Source: a bacterium (GTDB lineage: Bacteria > Patescibacteriota > Minisyncoccia > Phycocordibacterales > CAIZIN01). From it: 64,000 bases of DNA. The notes beneath the pieces are model-generated. The model saw only the letters and a program-made list of their open reading frames with translations, made no database searches and was not told the origin of the DNA. Each line of letters starts with the position of its first letter. Positions within the stretch are counted from its first letter, which is position 1. Below, piece after piece: positions 19,339 to 28,443 of this stretch. The stretch lies in contig JANNXY010000042.1 of NCBI GenBank assembly GCA_031409775.1, forward strand, positions 165 to 64,164, given 5' to 3'. Position numbers and translations under genes: made by a program.

Positions 19339-19659
19339 ATGAAAATCCAACTCCACAACATCCTGCTCGTCCTCATCGCCGGTCTCCTCATCAATATCAC
19401 AGTGAAGACGCCTGAACCGGCAAAGTCTGTCGCTACGTCTGGCTACCAGATAGTCACGGCTGAAGTCGTCTCGCGCGGCACGGTGGGTGCATATGGTCAC
19501 GCCCAACGTGGCTACATGCTCCGCACGCCAACCGGTTTGAAGTTCGTTCCTGATGGCGGGATGAACCTTCCAGAAAACGTCAAAGCGGTCTTTCTGACCA
19601 CCTACCCCAACGGCAACAGCGAGATCACTGGCACGTTCTACTACGAGAGCCAGCTCTAA
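19339..19659 (+). CDS. orphan secreted or membrane-anchored protein (106 aa)
   Basis: ATG 19339 (MKIQLHNILLVLIAGLLINI); C-ending codons frequent compared with neighbours; own promoter and terminator. Confidence 0.65.
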   Translation: MKIQLHNILLVLIAGLLINITVKTPEPAKSVATSGYQIVTAEVVSRGTVGAYGHAQRGYMLRTPTGLKFVPDGGMNLPENVKAVFLTTYPNGNSEITGTFYYESQL

Positions 19660-19701
19660 ATCTTCTGCGGAGTCGGCATCACAACAGGTTCCAATCCTGT
19701 A

Positions 19702-19739
19702 AAACGCACCTCGCTACGGCTTGGTGCGTTTCTTTATTT
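19702..19739 (+). terminator. intrinsic terminator
   Basis: AAACGCACC...GGTGCGTTT followed by CTTTATTT. Confidence 0.65.
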
Positions 19740-19922
19740 CCTCACCATCCAGCTCAGCTTCGGTAACTTAATCACAAACTCAAATGGTACCCACTTCTCT
19801 ATCTCACTATGTTGGGTAGAAAACTGACCATACCTTAAGATAATTTCATAGCTAGGTGATAGTAGCATAAAAACTGAAGAATTTGAATGGAAAGTCTTCA
19901 GAACTCTGATATACTATTAATT

Positions 19923-20570
19923 ATGAATAATAAAATCTTAATGGTAGGAATAGCAGCACTTACTGTAGGCGTTATTGGTGGCTATGCCATTGCCAATACA
20001 AATATAGTAGACGCACCAATTAGTAATCAGAGGCAAGCGGATGCCACCCCTATGGGCATGCATCGTATGTCCGGCGACTCAATGATGGTTAACGGGAACA
20101 CAAACACAGGTAGTATGAACAATATGGACCATATGATGTCTATGATGGTACAAAGTGAGCGAGAGTTCATCGATGGAATGATACCGCACCATCAGGAAGC
20201 AGTGGACACAGCCAAGGAAGTAATGGCACGAGGTGGTACAACCCCTGAAATAAAACAATTGGTTCAAAACATTGTGGTAGCTCAAGAAAAGGAAATTGCT
20301 GAGATGAAAATGTGGTATAAAACTTGGTACAAAGAAGCATACAAGGAAGATGACAAATACAAACCTATGATGCGAGAACTTTCTTCTCTTTCGGGGAAAG
20401 AACTAGACCAAACATTTCTCGAGGATATGATAATGCATCATATGGGAGCGATTATGATGGCCCAAAGTGTTCAACCGCATATTGAACATCAGGAGATGGA
20501 GAAACTCACTCAAGCTATTGTCACGAGCCAATCAGCTGAAATCAGACAGATGAGACAAATGCCCAGGTAG
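19923..20570 (+). CDS. DUF305 (CopM-like, ferritin-like Met/His-rich) exported protein
   Basis: signal peptide; repeated FI.GMIPHHQEAV and FLEDMIMHHMGAIMMA, Q..EI..M motifs. Confidence 0.88.
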   Translation: MNNKILMVGIAALTVGVIGGYAIANTNIVDAPISNQRQADATPMGMHRMSGDSMMVNGNTNTGSMNNMDHMMSMMVQSEREFIDGMIPHHQEAVDTAKEVMARGGTTPEIKQLVQNIVVAQEKEIAEMKMWYKTWYKEAYKEDDKYKPMMRELSSLSGKELDQTFLEDMIMHHMGAIMMAQSVQPHIEHQEMEKLTQAIVTSQSAEIRQMRQMPR

Positions 20571-20605
20571 GTTGGAGATCAATGATATCGACTTCAATAT
20601 CATTC

Positions 20606-21331
20606 TTACAAAATCCCTATACTTGCAAGCAGAGTCTGTAGCTCCTCTCCACCTAGTTTCCTGTATTTGTTCTGACCTAGATCACCGAGCTCGATATTCA
20701 TGATCCTGGTGCGACGTAGTGTCACCACCTGGTTGTGCATCGCTTCTACCATGCGACGGATCTGATGCTTCTTGCCTTCGGTAAGCACTATGCTAAATGT
20801 CTTGTCGTCTATTATGTCCACCTCGCAAGGACGTGTGAGATCGTCCTCTATGGTCACACCCCGCTCCATCTGCTCCTCGAAGCTACCACGGAGCTTGTTG
20901 GCCACTGTTACTATGTATTCCTTGTCATGTTCGCGATCAGGGTTCAGGAGCTTGTCGGTGAGTCTGCCGTCATTGGTAAGTATTATGAGCCCGTCAGACA
21001 TCTTGTCGAGTCTACCTACTGGGAATACTCCTGTAAGTCCCGATGCCTCGAGTATGTCCTTCTCGCCGAGCTGTGGTGAATGGGTGATCACTCCTACAGG
21101 CTTGTTATAAGCATAATAGACATGTGGCGTAGGCTTGCCAGAGTATTTGACCTCTACCAGGTCGCTATGGCTTACCTTGTCACCGAGCACAGCGACTTTA
21201 CCATTGAGGTACACCTTGCCGGCCTTGACCAATTCATCACCACCTCTACGGGTAGTGATGTTCTTCATCGCGAGGTATTTGTTGATACGCATCGGGTACT
21301 CTGCATCAGGCGCTATAGGGGTTTCTTTCAT
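20606..21331 (-). CDS. 23S rRNA pseudouridine synthase (RsuA family, RluB/RluF-like)
   Basis: S4 domain RINKYLA; GRLDKMSDGL catalytic motif; EGKKHQIRRM. Confidence 0.92.
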   Translation of the reverse strand: MKETPIAPDAEYPMRINKYLAMKNITTRRGGDELVKAGKVYLNGKVAVLGDKVSHSDLVEVKYSGKPTPHVYYAYNKPVGVITHSPQLGEKDILEASGLTGVFPVGRLDKMSDGLIILTNDGRLTDKLLNPDREHDKEYIVTVANKLRGSFEEQMERGVTIEDDLTRPCEVDIIDDKTFSIVLTEGKKHQIRRMVEAMHNQVVTLRRTRIMNIELGDLGQNKYRKLGGEELQTLLASIGIL

Positions 21332-21436
21332 AAAGGGAGTATATGCTAAAGTCACGCATTGAGCAATTTACTCATCTTTACACAATCCATTAAACATGTA
21401 ACATACTCATTAGAATAGCTATTTAACTCAAAACAT

Positions 21437-21826
21437 ATGATAACACTAGCACCCGAAGATACACTCGCTGGATGGATGGTAATGATGAGGATATATGTCA
21501 AACAATTCAAAAACTTACCGAGGGAAGAAAATCGTGAGGAAAGCGTAAAAGAATTTCGTCGAGAAGTAGAATTAGGCATGAAGGAAATTGAAGGAAAAAT
21601 GACTTCCCTCGCCATAGAAAGCGACAGTAGAAAAAGACATTTTCATCTGACCAATTGGGCAAGTCGCATGCAGGTTTTCCTTCTTAACCTAGGAATTCTA
21701 GATAGAAACCTTGCCCTCACAAAAGGACAAAGGTGGAACTGGAATGAGGTTATTTGCGCAATGGCTTTCCTGCAAGCTATATACAAAGGCGCTTGCGTCA
21801 CGCTCTGGCAAAATTGCGCAGAATGA
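21437..21826 (+). CDS. orphan hypothetical protein
   Basis: 129-aa ORF preceded by TTTACA/-10-like sequence and boxA-like GCTATTTAAC (21418-21427). Confidence 0.6.
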   Translation: MITLAPEDTLAGWMVMMRIYVKQFKNLPREENREESVKEFRREVELGMKEIEGKMTSLAIESDSRKRHFHLTNWASRMQVFLLNLGILDRNLALTKGQRWNWNEVICAMAFLQAIYKGACVTLWQNCAE

Positions 21827-22104
21827 AAAAAGTAATGTTTGAAATCGAGCCTCCGAAAGCTGAACGAGTTGAACTAGCTGCTGTAGGACATGTAACGAAA
21901 AAGGGTCCTTTTCGAATTCAGATTTTAAAGGGAAATTATTGGATTACTATGGAACCATGCGAACTGATTCCCAACCCACCTATTGCCGCCAAAGCAAATA
22001 GTATTAATCACAGATACGATTATTTTGCTAATTACAGAATCCATGCCAAAGATGGCCCATGCCATCTAGAAGTTATCCCCCTCGCTCCAGTCAAAAGACA
22101 TTGA
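21823..22104 (+). CDS. orphan hypothetical protein (93 aa)
   Basis: ATGA overlap with the upstream ORF's stop (translational coupling); MKKVMFEIEP... Confidence 0.6.
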   Translation: MKKVMFEIEPPKAERVELAAVGHVTKKGPFRIQILKGNYWITMEPCELIPNPPIAAKANSINHRYDYFANYRIHAKDGPCHLEVIPLAPVKRH

Positions 22105-22155
22105 GAGCGAGTTTTTATTTCTTGAATATTTATCTTTATGATAAAGTAATTGCAG

Positions 22156-22287
22156 ATGAAACTCTTGCTAACTATACTTATCCTATCTTTGTTTACTATT
22201 GTCCCCGCCGTATTCCGAGAAATCCTAATCGTGTCAAAGAGAAAACGGAGCCAAAAGACAATTGACACTCTGCGCATGGTCAAATAG
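22156..22287 (+). CDS. small 43-aa membrane peptide (not in ORF track)
   Basis: MKLLLTILILSLFTIVPAVFREILIVSKRKRSQKTIDTLRMVK; TAAAGT 8 nt upstream; terminator CTCTGCGC..GCGCAGAG plus T-run overlapping the stop. Confidence 0.55.
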   Translation: MKLLLTILILSLFTIVPAVFREILIVSKRKRSQKTIDTLRMVK

Positions 22288-22302
22288 CGCAGAGATTTTT
22301 AT

Positions 22303-23301
22303 TTATAATTTATCTATAAAGAATTTAACAGCTTCGAGTGGATCTGCGATATCTGTAATAGTACCTCCGGCAGCCAAGTCATGTCCCCCGCCGATATTTA
22401 GCTTCTCTACAATTTCTCGAACGTTTTCACCAGTTGGAAGCGAGCGGAGGGAAAGCCTACAGCCAACAGACTTAGGCATCACTGTAAATCCCCACGGATG
22501 ATCCTGGATTTTACGAATATATTGCGATATAAATATGCTCTTTCCGCTCGTCAGATCGTTTTCAGTTACATTATTGTTATCTATAAATTCTCGACTAACG
22601 TAACTATATGAAAAGTTTTTTAGTCCTTTTACACTTCCATGTCTAAGGTTTCCTATTAACTCTCTGATTACTTCAAAAACTTCTGGGGTAATATACCTAT
22701 ACCTTGATTGAAATTCTTGGATCTCGATCTGGCCAGTTTCTATTAGAATTTTTGCTATTTCCAATGTTCTAGTCTGGTTTGGTTTCAGGTATGAGAAGTT
22801 GCCTGTATCTCCGAGGACCCCAAGTAAAAAAGTTTCTGCTAAACTCTTGTCAATTTCGACATTTGAACACAACTCAAATATAATCTCTGCACAACATGGC
22901 CTAGAAGTATCAGAAATTAAGAGCGTGAATTGGTCTGGCGGGGATTTGTGATGGTCCACACATATTGTGTTTACTAGATTTGCGAACTTCTCTGGTCTAT
23001 TTGAAGCCCTAATCCATGATTGTGCATCCAGAATAATTTGCAAATCACTGTCTCCAATTCCGTCTGAACAATCTTCTAGGAACTCAATTTGGTCAAAATA
23101 TCTAAAGCTCGTAAACCTACTATCACGCTCACCACTGTAAACTATCCGTACTTTCTTGTTCGGGTGAATTTGTTTGATAACTGAATATAAACTTAATGTC
23201 GAACTAATTGAGTCATCATCTGGTGACATATGCGAAGTGATAAAGATGCTCTGTGCGGCATCTATCATCTGCCAGAATTTTGTCTTTAATTGGTCTTCCA
23301 T
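22303..23301 (-). CDS. DHH/DHHA1 phosphoesterase (NrnA-like)
   Basis: H.SPDDDS, ILD, VDHH, GDTGNF, GGGH..AAG. Confidence 0.88.
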   Translation of the reverse strand: MEDQLKTKFWQMIDAAQSIFITSHMSPDDDSISSTLSLYSVIKQIHPNKKVRIVYSGERDSRFTSFRYFDQIEFLEDCSDGIGDSDLQIILDAQSWIRASNRPEKFANLVNTICVDHHKSPPDQFTLLISDTSRPCCAEIIFELCSNVEIDKSLAETFLLGVLGDTGNFSYLKPNQTRTLEIAKILIETGQIEIQEFQSRYRYITPEVFEVIRELIGNLRHGSVKGLKNFSYSYVSREFIDNNNVTENDLTSGKSIFISQYIRKIQDHPWGFTVMPKSVGCRLSLRSLPTGENVREIVEKLNIGGGHDLAAGGTITDIADPLEAVKFFIDKL

Positions 23302-24509
23302 ATTTCTTCTTGTCTCACGAGCAGACTATCTGACTGCTCTGGATGCTTCATAATAGACTTTACTATATTCTCCATTCTAGCACCTTGGGAACCTTTGACC
23401 AGTATCATGTCATGAGCGTGGATATGCTTCTGCAGATAATTCTGCGCATCAGTCATGTTTCTAAATGAGTGGATCTTGCCATGATGCATCTTGGCTTCCC
23501 TGGCGCCTTTGGCGAAGTCTTCGGCTCTCATACCCACTGTTACCAGCACATCGACGCAGTCCTTTGCAAGCACTCCCAGCCTTACGTGTTCACGTATGGT
23601 ATGTTTGCCTAGCTCGAGCATGTCACCAAGTACAGCGACTTTCCTGTGATTTGACTTGATGCCTTTCATCGTTAGGAGTGCTTCTTCGAGCGCGATAGGT
23701 GAAGAATTGTATGTATCATCTATTATCTGTGAGCCGTGTATTCCGTCGATGAGCTTCATTCTGCCTGGCGGAGATTTGTGGTGACGCAATGCTTCAGAGA
23801 CTTCCAATCTGTTTAAATTCCTCGCCTCTGCAACTGCGAGTGCAGCAAGTAGTGGATACTGATGATGCTGCCCCACAACTCCCACTAGCTCGAACGGATT
23901 GTCAGAAGACTTGATATCTGCATCCAAACTGAACCCGTATGTGATTATTTTCTTACCCTCTATTCTCTTTGTTAGATTCATAATCTCTGGGTCATCGGCG
24001 TTCAGTATGGCTACACCATTTTTCTTTAGGCCCTTTACTATCTTTTTGTCTTCTTCGTTGAGCTCATGTGGGGAGTCGAAAAACTCTACATGCACCGGTA
24101 CCTCTGGACATCGAGTAAGTATAGCTATGTCGAGCTTGAGCCATTTCATAATGTCACCTACATCACCTGGTCTGTCTGATCCGATCTCGAGTAGCAACAC
24201 TTCTGGATAGTCTGACTTGAAAACGCATTTGGTTAGTCCACTCCACATGATCCTGATCCACTCTATAGGGTTGTTGTAGCCAGATGGGAGATCGAGTACT
24301 GTAAGTGGTACCCCGAATTCGCTGTTGAAACTCTTTTGTGACTTTCTCACTTTGCCAAATGGAGATAGCGCAGTATATACAGCGTCTTTGGTCGAAGTCT
24401 TCCCGACACTACCTGCTATACCTATCGTAAATGGTTTGTATTTGCGCAATACTATTCTGGCTTCAATTCGCAATATAGCTATCACTAACTTTTTAAATAT
24501 ATTTTTCAT
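23286..24509 (-). CDS. murF: UDP-MurNAc-tripeptide--D-Ala-D-Ala ligase
   Basis: GSVGKTSTK, SFNSEFGVPLT, DDTYNSSP, LGDMLELG, VKGSQG. Confidence 0.9.
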   Translation of the reverse strand: MKNIFKKLVIAILRIEARIVLRKYKPFTIGIAGSVGKTSTKDAVYTALSPFGKVRKSQKSFNSEFGVPLTVLDLPSGYNNPIEWIRIMWSGLTKCVFKSDYPEVLLLEIGSDRPGDVGDIMKWLKLDIAILTRCPEVPVHVEFFDSPHELNEEDKKIVKGLKKNGVAILNADDPEIMNLTKRIEGKKIITYGFSLDADIKSSDNPFELVGVVGQHHQYPLLAALAVAEARNLNRLEVSEALRHHKSPPGRMKLIDGIHGSQIIDDTYNSSPIALEEALLTMKGIKSNHRKVAVLGDMLELGKHTIREHVRLGVLAKDCVDVLVTVGMRAEDFAKGAREAKMHHGKIHSFRNMTDAQNYLQKHIHAHDMILVKGSQGARMENIVKSIMKHPEQSDSLLVRQEEIWKTN

Positions 24510-24520
24510 ATTATCAATAA

Positions 24521-26230
24521 TTATCTATCTGGTGGGATATTGTAATAGCTTATCAGAAAATCAGTCATGTTGTTAAATGGCGAAGTGAGTGTATGTGATG
24601 CATAATCTACACCCTTGGGATAAACTGTATATAGAAACACGATGAATCGAGGTTTATACGCAGGGAAATAGCCAAAGAACGAATGCAAATAACGATCATC
24701 ATAATACCCACCCTGTGGGCTAGGGATCTGGGCTGTACCGGTCTTGGCGGCTATTGCATAATGATCATGCTTGATCTCGCCACCGAGCAGCGCCTCGTCT
24801 ACTACATTTACCAACATGCGTGTTATTTCTTCTGATGTCTCTGGCTTGATGATCTGGACTTTGTCACCCAACTCGGTCTGCTTGGTGACACCTATTTTGT
24901 AATTTATAGATTTAGCCAGATGTGGATGTACTCTGTAACCACCGTTCGCTAGAGCCGACAATGCAGATAGTGTAGATATCGGCGTGAGAGCGATACCTTG
25001 TCCGAATGATGCCGTCACAGGCTCGATCATCCTACCAGTGTCTAGATTGTCAGTTAGCGGGCTACCTTCGTATGGCAAGTCTATACCAGTCTTCTCTGTG
25101 ATGCCGAAGCTCTTCATATAGTCTGTAAACCTATCCCTACCGATTCTCTCTACTATATGCGCCATACCAACATTAAGTGACTTGGACAATGCAGTCTGCA
25201 TATCTATCGTACCGTATGCCTTCCGATCGAAATTGTAAATGGTTGCTTTATCAAATGTCGCAAAGCCTTTGTCGTTGTAAGTACTACCTGGAGTAATCAC
25301 ACCTGCATCTAGTCCAGCAGCAACTGTGAGTGGTTTGATTATGGATCCCATCTCGTAAACACTTTCGACCATGTTGTTGGAGAATGTCTCGAGGTCTTCT
25401 ACCTCTCTAGTGTTGTTGGGATCAAATGACGGTGTGAGCGCCATCGCATAGATCTCACCTGTATTGGGGTCCATCACTATCCCACCAGTCTGGCTAGATG
25501 ACCAACGAGTATTGGTACTCTCTATGACATCTTCTAGGTAACCCTGGACAGTCGGTTCTACCGACAACACGATATCACCTTCGAGGCTCTTTTTATTCAA
25601 AACATTATCTTTTATACCGTGCAGTAGTTCGGTAAAGAAATTCGCATAAGTATTCTCTGTTGTTCTAGATAGAACTTCGTCATAATACGACTCTAAACCA
25701 TAGTAGGCACCGAGTTTGTCACCTTTGTAAGACAGGAACCCCACCATGTGTGATCCAGTATTCCCACCTGGGTAGTATCTCCATCTTTCTTTGTAAATAT
25801 CTACACCTGGTATATCTAGCTTCTCTATGGACTTGGCTACATCTGACTCTACTCTATCTGCTACTTCTTCGAAAGGATCTTTGGCTTTAGAAGACTTGGC
25901 CATGAAATCTGTATAGTCTATACCTGAAATATACTTCGACAAACCGCTGTAAACAGCCTCTCTGTCAGTAATCTTGGTCGGGTTGATAGATACCATGTAT
26001 CCGTTCTTGAGCCCGGCAGCTGCGATGAGCGATCCGTCCTTGGCGGTAAAGAATATAGAACCTCTATCAAACAGACTTGTATAGGGTCGCGCATACTGTC
26101 GATCTGCTCTAGCACTATATGTCTCACCGTTTACAACCTGGACTAGATACAATTTAATCACAATTATAATTGCAAAAAGAAATATAGGAACTGTGATCAA
26201 TCTAATACGGAAAGTCAATTTATCAGACAT
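24521..26230 (-). CDS. ftsI: class B penicillin-binding protein (FtsI/PBP3)
   Basis: EMGSIIK (SxxK), SLN, KTGT; position in mraZ-rsmH cluster. Confidence 0.9.
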   Translation of the reverse strand: MSDKLTFRIRLITVPIFLFAIIIVIKLYLVQVVNGETYSARADRQYARPYTSLFDRGSIFFTAKDGSLIAAAGLKNGYMVSINPTKITDREAVYSGLSKYISGIDYTDFMAKSSKAKDPFEEVADRVESDVAKSIEKLDIPGVDIYKERWRYYPGGNTGSHMVGFLSYKGDKLGAYYGLESYYDEVLSRTTENTYANFFTELLHGIKDNVLNKKSLEGDIVLSVEPTVQGYLEDVIESTNTRWSSSQTGGIVMDPNTGEIYAMALTPSFDPNNTREVEDLETFSNNMVESVYEMGSIIKPLTVAAGLDAGVITPGSTYNDKGFATFDKATIYNFDRKAYGTIDMQTALSKSLNVGMAHIVERIGRDRFTDYMKSFGITEKTGIDLPYEGSPLTDNLDTGRMIEPVTASFGQGIALTPISTLSALSALANGGYRVHPHLAKSINYKIGVTKQTELGDKVQIIKPETSEEITRMLVNVVDEALLGGEIKHDHYAIAAKTGTAQIPSPQGGYYDDRYLHSFFGYFPAYKPRFIVFLYTVYPKGVDYASHTLTSPFNNMTDFLISYYNIPPDR

Positions 26231-26248
26231 AATACAACTATATCATCA

Positions 26249-26563
26249 CTATCTCATTCTGTTTATAGACATCGCAGTTTCTCTGTCCAAGCCTATAAAC
26301 TGAGGCTTCTTTACTTCAACAAACCCCATCTCCCCTGCCTTCTCGAGAGTTACAGACTGTTTGAGCGCGATGTACTGAAACTCAGACTCAGCGAGTGAGC
26401 TCGTAATAGTAGATATGCTACGAGCGAACTGTGAATTATCCGAAGCATTCTTCATCATGTAGCCCAAATTTGCAATATAAAAAATAAGTGCACATGCACA
26501 CAATGTCATAATCGACTTTATTACGTATTCTCGGATTTGGTTTATATTTCTAAATGATTTCAT
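26249..26563 (-). CDS. FtsL-like single-pass protein
   Basis: TM plus coiled coil plus 'A.EMGF' tail, located between rsmH and ftsI. Confidence 0.6.
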   Translation of the reverse strand: MKSFRNINQIREYVIKSIMTLCACALIFYIANLGYMMKNASDNSQFARSISTITSSLAESEFQYIALKQSVTLEKAGEMGFVEVKKPQFIGLDRETAMSINRMR

Positions 26564-27468
26564 AATATTTTCTTTATAACCCGGAGTTTAGAACTACGTG
26601 ATCTAGGGTTATCACTAACCTCTGTATCACTTGGAACTATTGGCTTCTTGGTCAGTATTTCTCCACTACATGCGGACTCTAGCGATCTGAAGTACTGCTT
26701 GACTATCCTGTCCTCCAAGCTATGGAAACTGATCACCGCGATACGACCACCCACTGCGAGCTTGCCCCACGTCTTCTCCAGACCTTCTTTAAGCGCATTC
26801 ATCTCGTCATTTACAGCTATGCGTAATGCCTGGAAAGTCTTGGTAGCAGGATGAGTTCTGCCATGTCTCGCGTAGAACGGTACCGCACTATATATACATT
26901 TCTCTAGCTCTGCGGAAGTCTCGATAGGCTTAGACTCTCTCTGCTCTACTATCGCTCTGGCTATACGTCTCGCGAATTTGTCCTCACCGAATCCATAGAT
27001 GATGTCCGCTAGCGTTTCTTCTGCCCATGTGTTGACTACATCATATGCACTCAGTGCATTTGGGTCTGTAGAGAGCGTCATGCGTAGAGGCTCATCCTTC
27101 TGGAAGCTGAACCCTCGTCCAGACTCATATGTAAATGAGCTAACCCCGAGGTCGAACAGTGCTTTGTCGATATGGTCGATAGAGTGCTTCTCTAGTGCTC
27201 GGTCTACATAGCGGAAATTGATTTCTTCGAAGATGAATCTGCAATTGTCTGTGCAGTTCATTAGTCTCTTCTCCGAGCGTGAAATCGCGTCTGAATCAGC
27301 ATCGAGTCCAATCACAGTGAGCCCCGATGTAGATCTACAGATCGCTTCGCTATGTCCACCAGCACCGAGTGTCGCATCGAGGACGATGTCGCCTGGTACA
27401 ATGGACAAGCCTTGTATGGATTCGTTTAAAAGAACTGGTATGTGGACTAGGCGGGCTAGATCAGACAT
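26560..27468 (-). CDS. rsmH: 16S rRNA m4C1402 methyltransferase RsmH
   Basis: HIPVLL, DATLGAGGHS, DLGVSS, HPATKTFQALRIAVN, SFHSLEDRIVK. Confidence 0.97.
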   Translation of the reverse strand: MSDLARLVHIPVLLNESIQGLSIVPGDIVLDATLGAGGHSEAICRSTSGLTVIGLDADSDAISRSEKRLMNCTDNCRFIFEEINFRYVDRALEKHSIDHIDKALFDLGVSSFTYESGRGFSFQKDEPLRMTLSTDPNALSAYDVVNTWAEETLADIIYGFGEDKFARRIARAIVEQRESKPIETSAELEKCIYSAVPFYARHGRTHPATKTFQALRIAVNDEMNALKEGLEKTWGKLAVGGRIAVISFHSLEDRIVKQYFRSLESACSGEILTKKPIVPSDTEVSDNPRSRSSKLRVIKKIL

Positions 27469-27469
27469 A

Positions 27470-27904
27470 TTAGATTGCTCCTATTTCCCCAAGTTTGGAA
27501 GCCATCTGGTCTGCTTCCTTGCTTACCTTTGACTTGTATGACTTCCAAGTCGACTCATCCCACAGCTCGAGCCTGTTGAACACACCCGCAAACACCACCT
27601 TGTCAGCAATGCTTGCAAATGACTTCAAATGCTCTGGAATAAGTATCCTCCCGCTCGCATCGACATCTACCTCTACGGCTCCAGCGAGCATAAATCGGTT
27701 GAACCCGCGAGATGTTGCATCAAGCATACCGAGACCACCTAGCTTCTCGGCTATCTTCTGCCACTCCTTGGTCGAGTAGACAAACAAGCACTGGTCTAGG
27801 CCGTGGGTTATAACGATAGATTTGCCAATCACTTTGCGAAATTTCACAGGAAGCGAAGTTCTTTTCTTTTCATCAACGGTTTGTGTGTATTCGCCTATTA
27901 GCAT
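27470..27904 (-). CDS. mraZ: division/cell-wall cluster repressor MraZ
   Basis: GEY...VDEK.R..LP.KFR and DASGRILIP motifs. Confidence 0.96.
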   Translation of the reverse strand: MLIGEYTQTVDEKKRTSLPVKFRKVIGKSIVITHGLDQCLFVYSTKEWQKIAEKLGGLGMLDATSRGFNRFMLAGAVEVDVDASGRILIPEHLKSFASIADKVVFAGVFNRLELWDESTWKSYKSKVSKEADQMASKLGEIGAI

Positions 27905-27915
27905 AAAGTTACTTT

Positions 27916-27990
27916 ACCACTATTTCCCACTTGATACCATTCTATCCCACAATCCCCCTTTCCGCTCCCCACTTATCCACTTTTTCCCTC
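27916..27990 (-). promoter_or_regulatory. MraZ operator (GTGG-type direct repeats)
   Basis: minus strand GTGGGATAGA-ATGGTATCAA-GTGGGAAATA-GTGGTAAAG at 10-nt spacing, plus upstream GTGGA/GTGGGG. Confidence 0.75.
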
Positions 27991-28008
27991 AATTCTAGAG
28001 TTACACAA

Positions 28009-28083
28009 CATCCTCCGCTCTTTTGCAAAGCCAAAAGCCCACCTCCCTCAAGGCCTGCCTCGCCGGCAAGGCGGGGAGGAATT
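28009..28083. repeat. solo double-hairpin (REP-like) element carrying a nested 22-nt palindrome
   Basis: CATCCTCC..CTTTTG..CAAAAG..CCTCCC-TCAA-GG[CCTGCCTCGCCGGCAAGGCGGG]GAGG-AAT. Confidence 0.55.
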
Positions 28084-28088
28084 TATGC

Positions 28089-28140
28089 TTGACAAATTTC
28101 CTTTCCTTATGTTAAATTATGACCTGAACAGCTCTTTGAG
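28089..28140 (+). promoter_or_regulatory. sigma70 promoter followed by a boxA-like motif
   Basis: TTGACA (28089)-18 nt-TAAATT with TG extension; GCTCTTTGA at 28131. Confidence 0.6.
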
Positions 28141-28156
28141 CACAACCTACTAAAAT

Positions 28157-28426
28157 ATGAAAAAACCTGTTTGGCTTATTAAACTCCTACATTTTTGGGT
28201 AAAATTTATTGGTGGGATTGAGGGAGACGCATCATACTTTTACGAAAAAGTTCCTTGTGCTGATGGATTCCATCATACAGAATTCACAATATTTTGTTCA
28301 GGTACTACAAAGGAAGCAGAGGCCTATCCATCCTCAAACTTTGACCTGATTTCCGAAAAGGACAAAGAACTGATAAGAGACTTTGTCACCAAGCTTGGTT
28401 TCAAACTTAAGCAACAGTCAAAATAA
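28157..28426 (+). CDS. orphan hypothetical protein (89 aa)
   Basis: ORF with own promoter, convergent on lysS. Confidence 0.6.
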   Translation: MKKPVWLIKLLHFWVKFIGGIEGDASYFYEKVPCADGFHHTEFTIFCSGTTKEAEAYPSSNFDLISEKDKELIRDFVTKLGFKLKQQSK

Positions 28427-28443
28427 ATAATGACTGATTTTAT

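Noticed and set aside
27916-27990. Short periodic repeats as a novel array or CRISPR
   Set aside because: Explained by MraZ operator boxes; no repeat-spacer array or cas gene in the window
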